64,000 bases of DNA from the human T2T-CHM13v2.0 reference genome, Homo sapiens (GCF_009914755.1 NC_060939.1); one strand, 5' to 3'; shown: positions 14,468 to 28,110, counted from the first letter of the stretch. Numbers and translations are program-made. The notes: generated by a model from the letters alone, not told the origin.

Positions 14468-17400
14468 TGAACATATTTATAAGGGGTCATTACTTATGAA
14501 AAACCTCATCTTTCTTGCCTTCATGGTCTGTGATGGCTCTTGGCTTTCACCTCCCATTTTTTCAAGGCGTATTTGTTGTTTTTGCTAATTTGGTGATATT
14601 TTATTTGCAAGCAAAATTACTTATTCAAACGTCATTCACATTCTAGTCGCTGCTTCCCAGGAGTCTTTAAAATCCATTGGGGGTCTTGGATCTTATTACT
14701 TGACCATGAGTATAGCAACCATAAAATTATAGTCAACTTTAAAAAGTGTTTCCAGAATCAATTCAGATGTCCGTGGACACCCATTCCTGAGGGTCTCCCA
14801 GCTGGCAGGGAGGGCTGCAATCTCAGTAGCAGACCAACCTCTGCTGTGCATATCTCCTCAGACCCAAGGACTCTCTTTTCTTTTCAATGTTGTTAACAAA
14901 GTCTCTTTGATTTTTATTGGTCACAAAGGTTGTATTTGCCTTCCCAGTGATCTCATTTTTGTCTAGTGGTGCCACAGTAAATAAGAATAGGCATCAAAAA
15001 GGGGAAATGGTTCAACCCAAAAGTCTGCATTTGACCTAAATAAAAATTTTCTAGGGTCCTATTTTACACCTCTTCTACCATTTTTGATTGCTTGATATTT
15101 CAAATTAGCAACCAAAACTTCCCCTCCTGTTACTTCAGATAACCCAGAAATTGATTATATAAAGTTGCTTAATGTGGTCAGCCTCTTCATAAACAGGTAG
15201 GTTGCTGAAAGATTATCTCGTCAGCATCTGATAATCTCTGGATCCTGAGCTGTTGAAGAAGGCTCAGAAATGCACTAAAGTAGGTGCTGGGAATAAGGCC
15301 AGATCTTGTTCTGCCATTAAATTTCCAAACTTGTCACCCTCTAGAGTCCTTACTGCTTTTGTCACCCAAAGACCACATAATTTGAAAGCGTATCAATCTC
15401 TATTTACAAAGGGACATTGTGTTTCCTCATTCTTAATTAATTAGAGACATATTGTCAATCAGAGGTTTTGAGCTACATTGACAGAGGTAATGTTACCTAA
15501 CCTAAACATAGTTCCATAAGAAACACAAAACTTAGGTAGACAGTAGAGTCTTATTAATGAATCCTACTCAAAATGTTCATAGATCTGTGTTGGTATCTTT
15601 AGGGAATCCTGGTTGTGAACCACTGCATGAAATGTTCAGGTTCACAATCTTGCAAAACCTTTTTGAGTTGCAGGAATATCTGTTGCCTCACAAGTGAAAC
15701 AAGTCCATTTTCTTGAGCACTGAGGTGTTCCCCAGCCTGGCTTTTCTGCCTAGAAAATGCCATTTTCGTAAAGAGCTGTCATGCTTCGTGTCCTTTGGCT
15801 TATGATTTAGCTGTTCAAAGAAAGTGCAGGCTGCTCTCACTTGCTCAGTGCTGGTGATATGTGTTTTTGTTTATTAAATCTTTAAAATACTGGGCTTGTT
15901 TTTTATGACCTCCATATATTCTTTTGTTCTTCTCTGTGACTTGTTAGATCACAGTTTTTTTCTTCCTTTGTGAAAATATTAGCACCTTTCTGAAGAACAT
16001 CATGGTCTCCAGAATGGCTGTATAATAAAATGGAAGAATGTGTTGAGCTTAATGTTAGATCTGTCAAGGCCGTGACTCAGGGGTGCTTCACTGATGGGAA
16101 GGTTTGTGGCTTCTCAGACATGGTCCACAGAATCACAAATCTTTCTGTTCTTGCCAGACTTGTTTTGACAAATCTGAGATCATTTGACACTAATCATAGA
16201 GCTCTTTGTAAAATAAAGGTACCAATGGTTTATGTTCCAATTACAGACAAGTGTTTGTGATTAAAAGTTACTAAGAAACCCTCGGTTAAATGGAAGCAAG
16301 TTCTTCTGCAGGTGTGAGCTTCGTCTTGTATGCATTTGAGCCTGGGGACCCACACACCTGTGCACAGGTAGCCTAATTCTACTGACCCCAAAGGAATCTC
16401 TTCTTTGGGGATGCTGAGGAAGAAGAGAACATCTGCAGCTGATAAATCTCAGTGGGCCTGGTGCTCCAAGGCTTCTAATTATACCCAGTTCCTACATCTT
16501 CTAGAACAAGATCAAGTGATGAGCTGCCATCTCATGGTTCTGTACCTGCACAGAGGGGAATCCCAAAGTTTTAAATAATCTTGAATACAACTTGGCTACC
16601 CCACTAATGTGGATCCCCAAATAAACCAGGCCGTGACATCCAATTGAACTTGTCCCTGTGCATACAGTATCTCGCAGCCCATCCTGTATTGTTAGTTTTG
16701 GCAAGTACACTACAGCATATAATAAATCATGGAAGGCAAAAGCTTTTTGGCCTAGCATGGTTCAGCCTGCTGTAATGTTAGAATACAGAAAGCAGTTCTG
16801 TTTTTAGACATGCTTTTACTAACCCAACATTCATAATTTATTATTTCACTGTAAAATTCCTGCAACACTACACCAAAAGTAGTGCTGCCCTTTAATTAAG
16901 TGCCCTCGGTAGGAAAAACGTGAAACTGATGTGCAAAACATCTCTCTGTGTGCAGTGATTGATAGTGATTACATCTTTATGAACCCAGCCTAAAGGTCTC
17001 AACTTCCTGATGGGTGAAGTAGTCCATAGGGCCACTTCCTGAGTCTGCCTGGCGGGGATCAGTCACTGCTAACAAAATTGCAGATAATTCAGAGGGCACA
17101 ACTTAGAAATGCTGAGGTTTTATTAAGCCCGTAGCGATCTATACTTTGTCACAAGCCTATATGACCTTATTCCTCATTTCCGTAAGCACCAATGACCAAA
17201 CTTTATGCTGTGTCCACACTTAAAGAAGTTGTAATGCAGAGAGTAAAGGGACCCAGTGTGTCATATGGATGACAGGAGGTACTTCCAGCCCAATGGGTGC
17301 ATAAGTAGAACAGTATAGCCAGAAGAGGACCATAAGTTGTTGCATTTTTTTAAATTCTGTTTTCAAACATTCTTTTATTTTTCTTAGTTGCTATTAGGCA

Positions 17401-17744
17401 AGTTTAATTTTTTAAATAGTACCATTAAATGTTAGACTTAAATCCCAAGGCTGGCATTCCCCAGCTCATTCCTGTTTGCACTGTGAATCTGTCCTCCATC
17501 AGCTAGGTAGTCACATCAGCCCAAGCTCATAACACCTTACTGAAAGGTAAGATTCAGAGTTTCCATATCTGAAATACTTCAGGTTTCTGGAAAGAAAGGG
17601 AACACATCCATCCGAGAAGGTAGTATGTGTGTTATGTGAACTCTTTGGTATAAGTTTGGCTATTTTCAGTCACAATGGTAGCAACCAAAACAAAAATTTT
17701 GTGCAGTCCTGTCATTTAATCATCTTATCAGTGCCCCAAGGTGA

Positions 17745-17933
<189 letters not shown>

Positions 17934-19725
17934 CCCTGAAGATCCTGGAAGAGAAGCTGGGAGGAAAAGGTGAATCCGGAAGCAATTTTACTTTCCTGCA
18001 CTGTAAGATCCTGGCAACATCTGCCCTGAACTTCAGCTGAACTCTTGCTGCCCGTAGTCACACCACTACCTCTTTAGACAAACATATCAAGAGTTTCTGT
18101 TTTCCTTCATCCCTTGCTGATGTGAACAGCCAAGAACTACAGACACAACCCACTCATTATCAGCATTTCTGTCTCTGTCAAACAATTAGTTTATAGATAG
18201 TCATAATCTTTCTTTCTTCCGGATGGTTTATCCTTGTATGCTGAACAAAAGAAAAAATGTGAAGACTGAAAGGTGTGATTTTTCAATTCTCCTCCCAGTT
18301 ACCGAATCACCCTCTTATTTTTTTTTCCCTAAGCCTCCGTTCACTGTCTCTCCCTCTCCCTTTCTCTTCATGTGCACTCACAGAGACCCAGCATTGCATT
18401 ACCATCGTGGAATAATCTAGCGCAAACCTAGGAAAGCTGAAGCCACAAAGTCCAAAGCCACCTTTGTACTCACCTGCAGAGCTCCAGAAGACCTTGATGG
18501 CAGCCTGCCTATGCTGTGTGTTTGCTATATTCAATCTTTACGGCTTCCTGACTTCTGTGACAGTAAGCCAAGTGCAAAAATACACTTGATGAGAATTTCC
18601 TCTTTTAATAATGTTATTTGAACACCACATATTTTAGATTTATCTTATTTGAAAGTATTAGTTCCATTGTGCCTGGAAACCACACTCCTTTAGATTGGGG
18701 GCCGAGAGGCGACAACCCAACATTGAGGAGAGTTTATTTTTAAACATGGCTAGTTGTCAGTATGTACGTGAGCTAGTATTTTTATGAGTCGAGTTTTTTA
18801 AAGGCACATTCTGTATACTGCTTAGTATATGCATTTTATACCATGTAATTATAAAACACTCGAGTAAGTTCAGCATTAGAAATGTTTAGCTTTGTATGAA
18901 CTGAGTGTGCCAGAAATAAACCTGGAGCAATTTTTAAATAAGCAAAATAAAGGAGATTTTTCTATTTGTTCACTTTAATTTATTCACTTTTGTGTACTTT
19001 TATGTACTGCAAATCAGATTTCAGTCTAAAGCGAAACATCAGTAAGTTAATAATAAACCTATCTTTCGGGAAGTTGAATATTAATCTGTACCCAAAACGT
19101 ATTTAGTAAAATATTTGCCCCCGCCACCCTGCCATGCTGACATAACAACTTTTATAATGTTGAATAGATGATATGGGAAATACTAATAACAACAATGTAA
19201 TTTTTGCAGACAGCTTTAACTTATATACATTGCTTGATTTTTTTCAAAAGACTAAATATGTCATTTATACTTTGTTTATTTTCTACCAAAGAAGGTTTGT
19301 AAAAATATGCCTGCTGCTTTTCCTTTTGAAGGACACAAACCTGGTCCCAACATGTGTGGATTTTAACTCTGAGTGGGGTGCATTAAATCAAAAGAGAGAG
19401 GCAGAAGATGAAATGCTAAAGAAGGGTCAGGCAAACTTCTGTTTCAGTATAAAATTCATCATGCAGGCTTCTGAGTGAAATAGAATGATTTGAAACCACT
19501 ACTGTATTGCCTGGATACACACACACACACACACACACTTTATACAAAAATGTTAAAAGCAGGTTTCCTGGCATGTTCTAAACTGTTTTTTCTTTAGGAA
19601 TAAATTACATTTATCTGCACAGATGTTGAAAATCCTGTTAAACCCTTGTCAAGGATTTGTTTATTTTACATTAAACAAATTTATTATGATGAACGTGAAC
19701 AAATAAATTAAAAAATAAAAAAGGT
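17934..19725 (+). other. CDIN1: CDIN1 3'UTR
   Basis: Follows stop codon; AU-rich, TGTA-rich, repeat-free; ends at paired AATAAA followed by GU/U-rich tract. Confidence 0.75.
19517..19537. repeat. (CA)n microsatellite in 3'UTR
   Basis: acacacacacacacacacaca. Confidence 0.9.
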
Positions 19726-19750
19726 ACTTGCGTTTTGTATTTATTCTTTT
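19702..19750 (+). terminator. Distal polyadenylation signal of CDIN1
   Basis: AATAAA at 19702-19707 and 19714-19719, downstream element cttgcgttttgtatttattctttt. Confidence 0.7.
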
Positions 19751-22700
19751 ACCTGCTGCCCTGACATAATGTGTTGTGAGAAGGTATTGGTGTTCCTAGC
19801 AAAGGCACTACCTCCTCTTTATGAATGAGGCTTTAAAATCTGGCCCTTAAAAGTGAGAAAGAACCCAACAGTAAACTGTACACACTACAATAAGGTTACA
19901 AATTAGTCAAAAGTAAGTTTTTCACACATAAAAACTAATGTGATAATTATACTACTTTTGAATTGGAGCTGTATGGGAGAGAAGAGAGTAATGTTCCCAA
20001 CTGGAAGCTTAAAGTCTCCTTGGTTTGTTTCTTTTTCTGTTAAAAATACTTGTCTGTGTTCCATCTCTATGCATTGTCTGCTTGCTGGTTTTTTTAGTTT
20101 AGACAATATAAACATCAGCCCCAGAAAGGAGACACGGAATGACAACTTATTTTTATTGCTGTCATCATTAGAACATTAACATTAAAGCCAAATCTTGTTT
20201 TATGGTGCATTCTGCACACTATGCTAATGAATTATGCAAAGCCAGAAAGCAGGAGCGTGTGTAAAACGTAAAACTGAATGACGTTCTCCCTGGCATATGC
20301 AGACTTGCCAAGCATCTGCCCTCACAAACACATAGGCGACCATTTGAAGTCTGGAAACAGATCAACTCAAAGCAAAGCTGATCCGGTACTGATCTGTAAG
20401 GCGACTGCATAGACTCCTTCCCACCTCACATCTGTACCCCCTCAAAAAAGAAACAAACCATAAACAGTTGCATATCCTCTTTTTTTCTTTTGCCTTCTAG
20501 TGAAGCATACGTCAGCTCTTTACAACACTCCTAAAATCTAAAATAAAAGGGAAGTCTCAGGGGTCTAAAGTAGAACGCTGGACCTCCAGGGGAAATAATT
20601 TTCTTGTAACTGTAGGTGTGTGTACCTGTTCATTATCTGCAAGGCTTGATTCCCCCTGGAAAAGATGATAAATTGTTGGTCTTGAGGGGGTGCATTAACT
20701 CACTCAGGCCGCCAGGGGACTGCTTAGAGCCCTGATGAGGTAATCTACCTAAATGGTCCCTGGTGGGCCACACTAATTAATGCTGAAGTGAACAGTTAAT
20801 TCACTTGCTTCTCACTGGGGAGCTACACCCATTGCTTTCTTTTCTCTTTGGAACCAAGATGCCTTAGATGTCTCCTCTTTTTAACTGTTCCCATCTAGAG
20901 ACCTGGTATCTCAATTGCAATAAATCCTTACTGCTTCCATATGCTTTCTCACTTCACTTTTCACTTTTTCCATGTCATCTTCCCCTGCGTTGGCCTTTGC
21001 CAGTTTCCCTCCACATGGACATGTACCCTGCATTTTCTCATTACTCTTGGGCTCTTTTTCTCTCTAAAAGATCAGGATCCCAGGACCAAAATATGTCCTG
21101 ATGCATACACCTGGTTGGGGAGTGGGGAGCAATTGGCCTAACCTCTTTGGGGAGAAACACAACTTAAGCACCCTCCACATGCCCAAATACTCAAGTGCAT
21201 ATGTGGCACCAGAAGGATCGTAAAACTTTTAACTAAGATAATAAGATTTTACAGGGTTAAATATGGCTTGAAGTTCATGCCTTCAGTAAATGATTTGGCA
21301 AAAGGAGCAAAAAGAGAAAAAAAAAGTAAGGTTATATAGCTACTTTCAGCCTGAGTGGTGGTGTTCAGCTGATTAAAATAGCAAAATGTCTGTATGATTT
21401 AGCGAATCACTCCTAGCTCATTCATCTTGGGGGTAGCTTGCCATTTTCATGTGATCTGATGGGAGCAAGTTGTCTCAAAGTATAACTATTTTGTGACAAG
21501 ATGAGAGGAGAAAATCTCAATAGGCACATTCTTGATTAGGGTTAAGGAACAAAGCAAGCTTAACTTGAGAGGAAACTAAAAGGCAAACAATAGAAGTTTG
21601 CCTGCAATGTCACCATTTATGGGAAGCGTCTATCTGAACCTGTCTGTGTAAAGTCACTCGTGGGTTATGGAAGGGTCATGTGTTTGGATCATTTAATCTT
21701 GTTACTCTAAACTAACCTTCCTACATTTAGTAAACATGATCTGAACCTGTTTTATTAAGAACATGCTTGGATTCCAAAGATTAAATAAGGAAGATGGAAT
21801 TATGAATTAAATAATAACCTGAACAACTTGGGTTCGCCTTCTGTTTTTCACTTTCCTGCTATTGTTTTGAATATGGCTGTGAGACAAAGAGCTGCTTAGG
21901 TCAAGCGCTATAAATTACAGTTTTCATACAATAGTAATCCACTAAAATGATTTCAAAGCCTGATCAAAGTACTTCAAAAAGACTTTTAAAACATTTCCAC
22001 AGTACAGGGGAAGGGAAATGCTCATTTGGTGCCTTAATTTGTTTCACTTAGTATAGCAAAGTTCGATCTGGGTGTCATACTCACTTTATATAAAATCCAA
22101 CTCATTGTTTAAATAAATCCAACTTGTTCTTGTTGTTTAATGTATAGGTAAAGGAGATTTAAGTTTTCATCTCCTTAACAAGAACAGCTGAATATTTGGA
22201 GTCACTTGTAAGGAAAAGATAATATAGGAACATTTTAAAATAAGCATACCTTGATAGTATTTAATTGTGATACTCGAGGTATTCATTAAAACTGTCTAAC
22301 TCCCTGCAATTAGGATAAAGTGGTGAGGATCTCAGTGGATTTATTTGGCATCTTAATAATAATCATGGCAACAGATATATTTATTTTTTCATACCTTTTC
22401 CCTCATCACTTGGATTTATCCTAAGCTGTCTCATTTTATAGGCAAGGATAATGGGAAGTACACTAGTGATAGCAAAGCTAAGCAAATTCTAGGCTCAACC
22501 ATATATAAAGATACTGTGGGCTGCAGCAACAATGTCAGGCTCAACTAAAGACTCATGGTATTATGTCAGGGTAATTTTTACTTTTTAAAAGGAAGGTCAT
22601 ATTGAAATGCTGACATGAAATATAACCAAGTCAATTAAGTAATAACAATTGAAGTTCAGAGTTTAATTGAGGGCTGAACATGAATCCAATGACCATTAAC

Positions 22701-23049
22701 CTAAAGTGGTCATTAATTCCCCTGGAAACTGCCTTGGTTAAAGGTATTTCTACAATAACTAGCACTTTTTTTTTCAAAAAAAAAAAAAAAAAACCCTTGT
22801 CATTTTAACATTAAACACTAATTCAGAAATAACATTCAGGAATAACAATTCAGTGGATCTATAGTAAACCTTCTGTATTTTACATTTTTAATTGAATTTC
22901 TTCTATAGGACAAATCAAAATTTAGATAAAAAGATAAAACCACCTCTGCAGGAAACCATAGTTTTGTTAAGTAAACAAAGTTATAAGCACCCTTTATTTG
23001 ATTGCTTTTGTTTTATCTCAGTTGTGATTTCTGTACTTGTTTAATGCAA

Positions 23050-23185
23050 GATTTCCGACTAGACTGTAAGCTCCATGAAAGTAGAAACTACACTAACTTT
23101 GTTCACTTTAGTCCCTAATGCCTAACAGAATTCTGGTGCAGACAGAGCAGGTATTCAATAAATGTTAAATGAGTAAATGAATGAC
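23050..23185 (+). mobile_element. L2 3' end
   Basis: ctagactgtaagctccatga...caataaatgtt..atgagtaaatgaatga. Confidence 0.8.
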
Positions 23186-25717
23186 ACGGTTTTATTAAAT
23201 ATGTTATCACTCGCATTAGCAAATAATTAGAACCTTTATCTTTCTCATTTTCTTCATCTGAAAAATGAGTGTATTTACCAAAAATCAGAGAAAATCATCA
23301 TGTGTTGATGTTAAAGAATTAATTAATTTAGAAACTCCCCAAAATGTGAAATAAATCAAATTCATCAACAAGAGTGTTTTAGGATGCACACTTAGTTTTA
23401 AGGGGGGAATTTACATAACTTTTTGTTGCATTTGCCTTAAAGTTAATCTTAATACATTATTGTTTATGCACTGTTGCTAAATGAGAATATTAAAAATCTT
23501 TATTTCTCTTTTAAAAGAAATGGCTTATCTTTATATTTCCATTAAAAAAAAAAAACTTTCTCCTCAAATCACGGCAGGGTCCCAAATCAACTGTGTTTCA
23601 CAAGCAGATTTTGGAATATTCAATGGAGTTATTAGATTAACTGCAAATGATACTTTTAATTGCTCCCTTTTATAATGCTGAGTTGATGGCAAAGTGCTTC
23701 CTGGCCATAGAAGTGTTGGCTGGCTCAAGAGAGAAGGGTTATTTGGTCATTTGCCAATAGGATCTGACCTTTGGAGAGATACTGCCCATGAACCGCTCAG
23801 TGGGTGTTTCCTTGTTACTCATTAATTCAGAGTATATTATTATTTGAAAGCCAAACGCATTTGGCATATTTCCTCATAATTTGGAAACTTGTAGCACAAA
23901 AGGAACTGGAACTTCCACATTTCTTCTTTTTCTGCCAGTTTCCCAGGACTTAATTTGTTGGGGCTCTTTACTTTGTTATTCCTTCCATGAGCTTCTGGAC
24001 AGAACAGACCCCCAGTACAGATATCACTAAGACCAGGTCTTTGGTTGCAGGTGATAATTCTGTCTTATATTTCCAGCATTAAAACTATTTAAGACACAGA
24101 TATTTATTGAGTCCCTAATGTGTATTAGAAGTATGTGAGGTGCTGTGGGGAATTTTTTTAATGCAACAAAAGATCCTCTTCTTGAAGAAAAATAAATCAT
24201 TACCTCTTCAAAATGAAAACAACACAAAATATTTGGAAATTTTAGAAAAGCAAATCACATGAAGGAAAGAGGGAAATCTATGAGGTTTTTAATAAGATAT
24301 TTTAACCCTAGACTATGGACAGCAAGTAGCTTTCTATTTGCTTATGGTGGCTGCATTCACTGCTATTAAGCAATTCCAAGGCCAAGTTCAGCTTAGCAGC
24401 TAAGGCTTTGATCTAGTTCTTAGAGTAGGCAGTGATCACAGGGATGCCACATATTTTCCATTCCTGCTCTGGGCCATTCATGTTCAGTGCAAGTATAAAT
24501 AAATTCTAAGCATTTGAAACAGAATTCATACCTGTTCATCGGCCTAAGTAATAAAACAAGCAATAACTTGTTCTGATAGTTCTATAACATCAAGCAAAGT
24601 GTCTGTCCATGGCTAAGGTCTGTCTAGTAATACAGATAAGCTAAATATGTCATTGAAATCATAGAAATATGATTTTAAGCCTCAAGATAAACACTAGATG
24701 GGCGCAGATAATTATTATTTTCAGTAAATGTCTACAAGTTCAATTATATTATTAATGAAAAACGTTAGGCCTGTATATTTTGGCCCTGCACAAAGACCTT
24801 GAAATTCGCAGATTATATTAGTAAATTTTACACATTTCTAGCTTTGGAGATTTTTTTTCTTTTTTTTTTTTTTCTTTTTTTTGCGGGGTTGGGGTGGTTT
24901 TTTTTTTTCTCCCACTCAAACCAGGCTAGGAATTCAAGGTGAGTTAAACACTCTGCCTCCTTTATCTTTCATGGCCTTTATATCATCTGGGTATCAATTT
25001 TCTGCTTAGTACAGTGCATTTTTATAAGGTAGTGATTGTATATAATAGTGGTTTGAAAATATGTTCCCAAAAAGAAGTGTAAAATATTTTCAAGGACAGA
25101 GAAGATTGTATGCTTTACATGGTAAGACAATTTTGTTAATATATTTACCATTAAGCTATAAATACTTTTGCCAGAACCTTTTAATTGTATCAGTTCATTA
25201 ATTCTGGCAGCTAAAATAATGACAATCATTGCACATGGAAAATTAGGTAAAAATCTAAAAGTATTATATTTTGTACTAATTTGAATAGAAGAATCCATCT
25301 TGGTTTCAGAGTTACAATTTTTAAAAAATAAAATTTTCAATAAATGAAAAAATAGCAGTGCAACCTAACAGAGGATAATAGAAAAGCAGAACAATGAAAG
25401 ATGGCAAAGTGGCCATGAGCACATTGCATAATGATGTAAAACTCAGTCTTTTGGTAAATTACTTTCGTCTTTCTTACTTCCCCATTATCCTTGAAAATAT
25501 TTCCCAATGACAAATGAGTTAAAAATGGCAAAATGGGTGCATAGAATGAGCCAAGAAACTCATGTGAAAATCGAATTACATTTTCAGTTTATTTCTTGAC
25601 AATTCCCTGAAAGATACTAATTGCACCTTTGAGCCATTAGCGAAGGTGAGTTTGACTCACAGACTCAATTTTATCAAAAAATTGGGAGATTTTATTTAAT
25701 AGGGAGTCAGCAAGGCA

Positions 25718-27990
25718 TTTTTTTTTGTTTAAAAAAAACTCATCTTCCTACAGAAACAGTTTTTAGTTTTTAATGAACTTAAAAACAGAAAAGCTACCAT
25801 TTCAAAATAAAAACAAGATCCCCAATCATATAGATGTTTACAGTGATAATATTTATCTAAGCAACATACATACATGTTCAGTTGTAAGATGTTAACTAAA
25901 TTTCTGTGACAAGCTTTTAAGAAAAACACTAAGAACATTATAAAGTTAATGCAGAGTCCTAAGTATAATCTAGTAGTCACTAAGTTTTTCTTAAGTCTTC
26001 ACTTTAGATGCTATTATTTCTAGCACAAGTAAGCAGGCAGTCTTTCATGTGCTCCAACATTGGAATCTTTGGTTGCTACCCTACCAGCTGGTTTGCAAAC
26101 AACAAGCCAACAACTTTAAGAACGTTTTACGTGAACAACTTGCAAACCCAAGAGATGGAAAAACCCTAAGAATGCACAATTGTGAGCATTTATAACCATC
26201 AAAACTGGCTGAAGACGGTTCACGACATTCTTCCGAGATGAGATCTCAAAGCAGTATAGTTCAAAACAAAAGGTTTTAACAGAAAATTGGCATATGCATA
26301 ATTTCTCCACCAATTTGTGTGTGTCAACCATTTAGTAAACTTTTTCACTTGAAAAAAAATGCACTAGAAACCCGGCCACCATGTTTCACTGTCTCAGTTA
26401 ATATTCACAATTACAGTAGCCACAGCTCAGGATACAGCATCACCAATGCTACCCAGAGTCAGTTTATACTAAAATTAAGTTCTTTACACCAAGTAAATGG
26501 CTGTCCATGACCACTGGCTAATGTACACATGAACTAAAATTTCTAGATTTGGGGAGAAACAAATGCTGCTCTGATCATCTGCTCTGCTGCTTCTGTTCCT
26601 CAATTCATGCTTAGAAACCTTTCATGTTACCCTTGGTTTTGTCAGGTTGCTTACCTGTTGGGGTTTGGGCCTGCTGCCCCTCCCACTAGAAGAGGCTGCC
26701 TGCTGTGCTGCTTTCTGCTTTAACTTTGTCCAATCAAATGTGTAGTCATATTGATGGATCAGGGTCCTGAAAAGAATGCAGAATAGCTGCGTCAGATACA
26801 TGTAATCTGGGGCTTTCTCTAAGTGTAGCCCACGACAAGGGTTTAAGTATATGGCAAATTCTGCAGCAAACCCCTTACAAAAAACAGGAGTAGACATCTT
26901 CTTTTCACTAATCTTTTCATATTTTTGTTTCTCTGCTGCAGCCTTTAGCCCTTGCCATGGCAGGCTGGTTGGCTGGTTCTATTAAAATACATCAAAACAT
27001 ATTCTAACGATTCCATGTCATCCCGGCGACTCTGCTCAATACTAAGATGTGCATGGCTAGCATACAGGGCAGTGCCAGTGAGGTTTTTATCTTCTCTGTA
27101 TGGTATGTGTTGCCTTGTCCTGTTGTCTCCGTACGTTTTGGCCAAACCAAAATCAATACGGAATAACTTACTACAGTGACGCCCAATACCCATTAGGAAG
27201 TTACCTGGTTTAATGGCTCTGTGTATAAAATTCTTTGTATGCACATGTTCAATTCTACTGATCATCTGGTCAGCTAATATAAGTACAGTTTTCATTGTGA
27301 ACCTTCTTGAACAGAAATTGGTCTTCGAGGCTAGGTCCCAGAAAAATCCATGACTAGTACATTATAGTCTTCTTCCTGACCACACCACCGTATGTGGGGG
27401 ATGCCAACCCCACCTTGAAGCATCTTGTAAAGCCTGCTCTTGTACAGCAACTGGGGATGCCTGGCCCTGAGATTCTGGCTTCACTACCACTTCTTCACCG
27501 TTGGTGATGCTGATCGCCAGACAGATGTCTCCGAAGGAGCTACACCAGATCTTCCAAAGCAGTTTATATTTCCTTCCGACAATGAATTCTGCTGCTAGCC
27601 GTCCTGAGAGACGAAGATGGAGGCTGGGCCAAGCCTACCGTGGAAGGCGGCAGGAAGCGGAACACGGAGGCCTTTCCCGGCGTCCAGGGCCCAGATGCCG
27701 GCGAAGGGAACTTGATGCCCGCTGCTCGGTCAGGATTCTTTGTTTGTTTTTTGGTTGGTTGCCTGCCAGGCCGCAGTTTGTGAAGGGCTTCTAGCGGTTA
27801 CCAGGCTGGGCCACCTGTTCTGGGCAGCCGCCGCTGCCTCGCTTTCGCGGCGACGTCCGGGCTGGAAAAGGGGCGCAGTGAGCTGGGGAGCGGTACCGCT
27901 GCCACCACTGCCGCCGGCTCCGGCCCAGAGGGACCCCTGTCACTCCGCCGACGACGCCATCTTGTTACTCCAGCTCCAGCCAACACAAAA
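25718..27990 (-). pseudogene. CSNK1A1P1: Processed casein kinase 1 alpha 1 pseudogene (5'UTR, disabled CDS 27602-26611, 3'UTR, poly-A remnant)
   Basis: Intronless CK1-alpha sequence ([17 protein letters not shown]..., [14 protein letters not shown]); start ATG->ACG at 27602-27600 followed by a frameshifting deletion; further indels; HRD->HRA; original stop TAA at 26613-26611; ATTAAA at 25774-25769; T-run 25718-25726. Lacks the L insert, contains the C-terminal S insert. P1 designation rests on recalled adjacency to C15orf41. Confidence 0.92.
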
Positions 27991-28110
27991 TGCCCCCAGT
28001 ACCCGGGAGTCGCTTCTTCACGGCGCAGAGCATTCTGGGAAAGGGACCTCCGGCGCTTGCTCCAAAGGATCCGCCTCATCGACTCAGAATTTGAGAATTG
28101 GAAGGCGCCA
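27590..28110 (-). promoter_or_regulatory. CpG-rich island at retrocopy 5' end with YY1 and ZNF143-like motifs
   Basis: Only CpG-dense stretch of the window outside young Alus; CGCCATCTTG (YY1) at 27955-27964; GCATTCTGGGAA (ZNF143/SBS-like) at 28030-28041. Confidence 0.65.

Noticed and set aside
22688-22714. Inverted repeat aatgacca...tggtcatt
   Set aside because: Short; chance level, no supporting context
24978-25340. 120-aa minus-strand ORF
   Set aside because: AT-rich, non-ATG start, no homology recognisable
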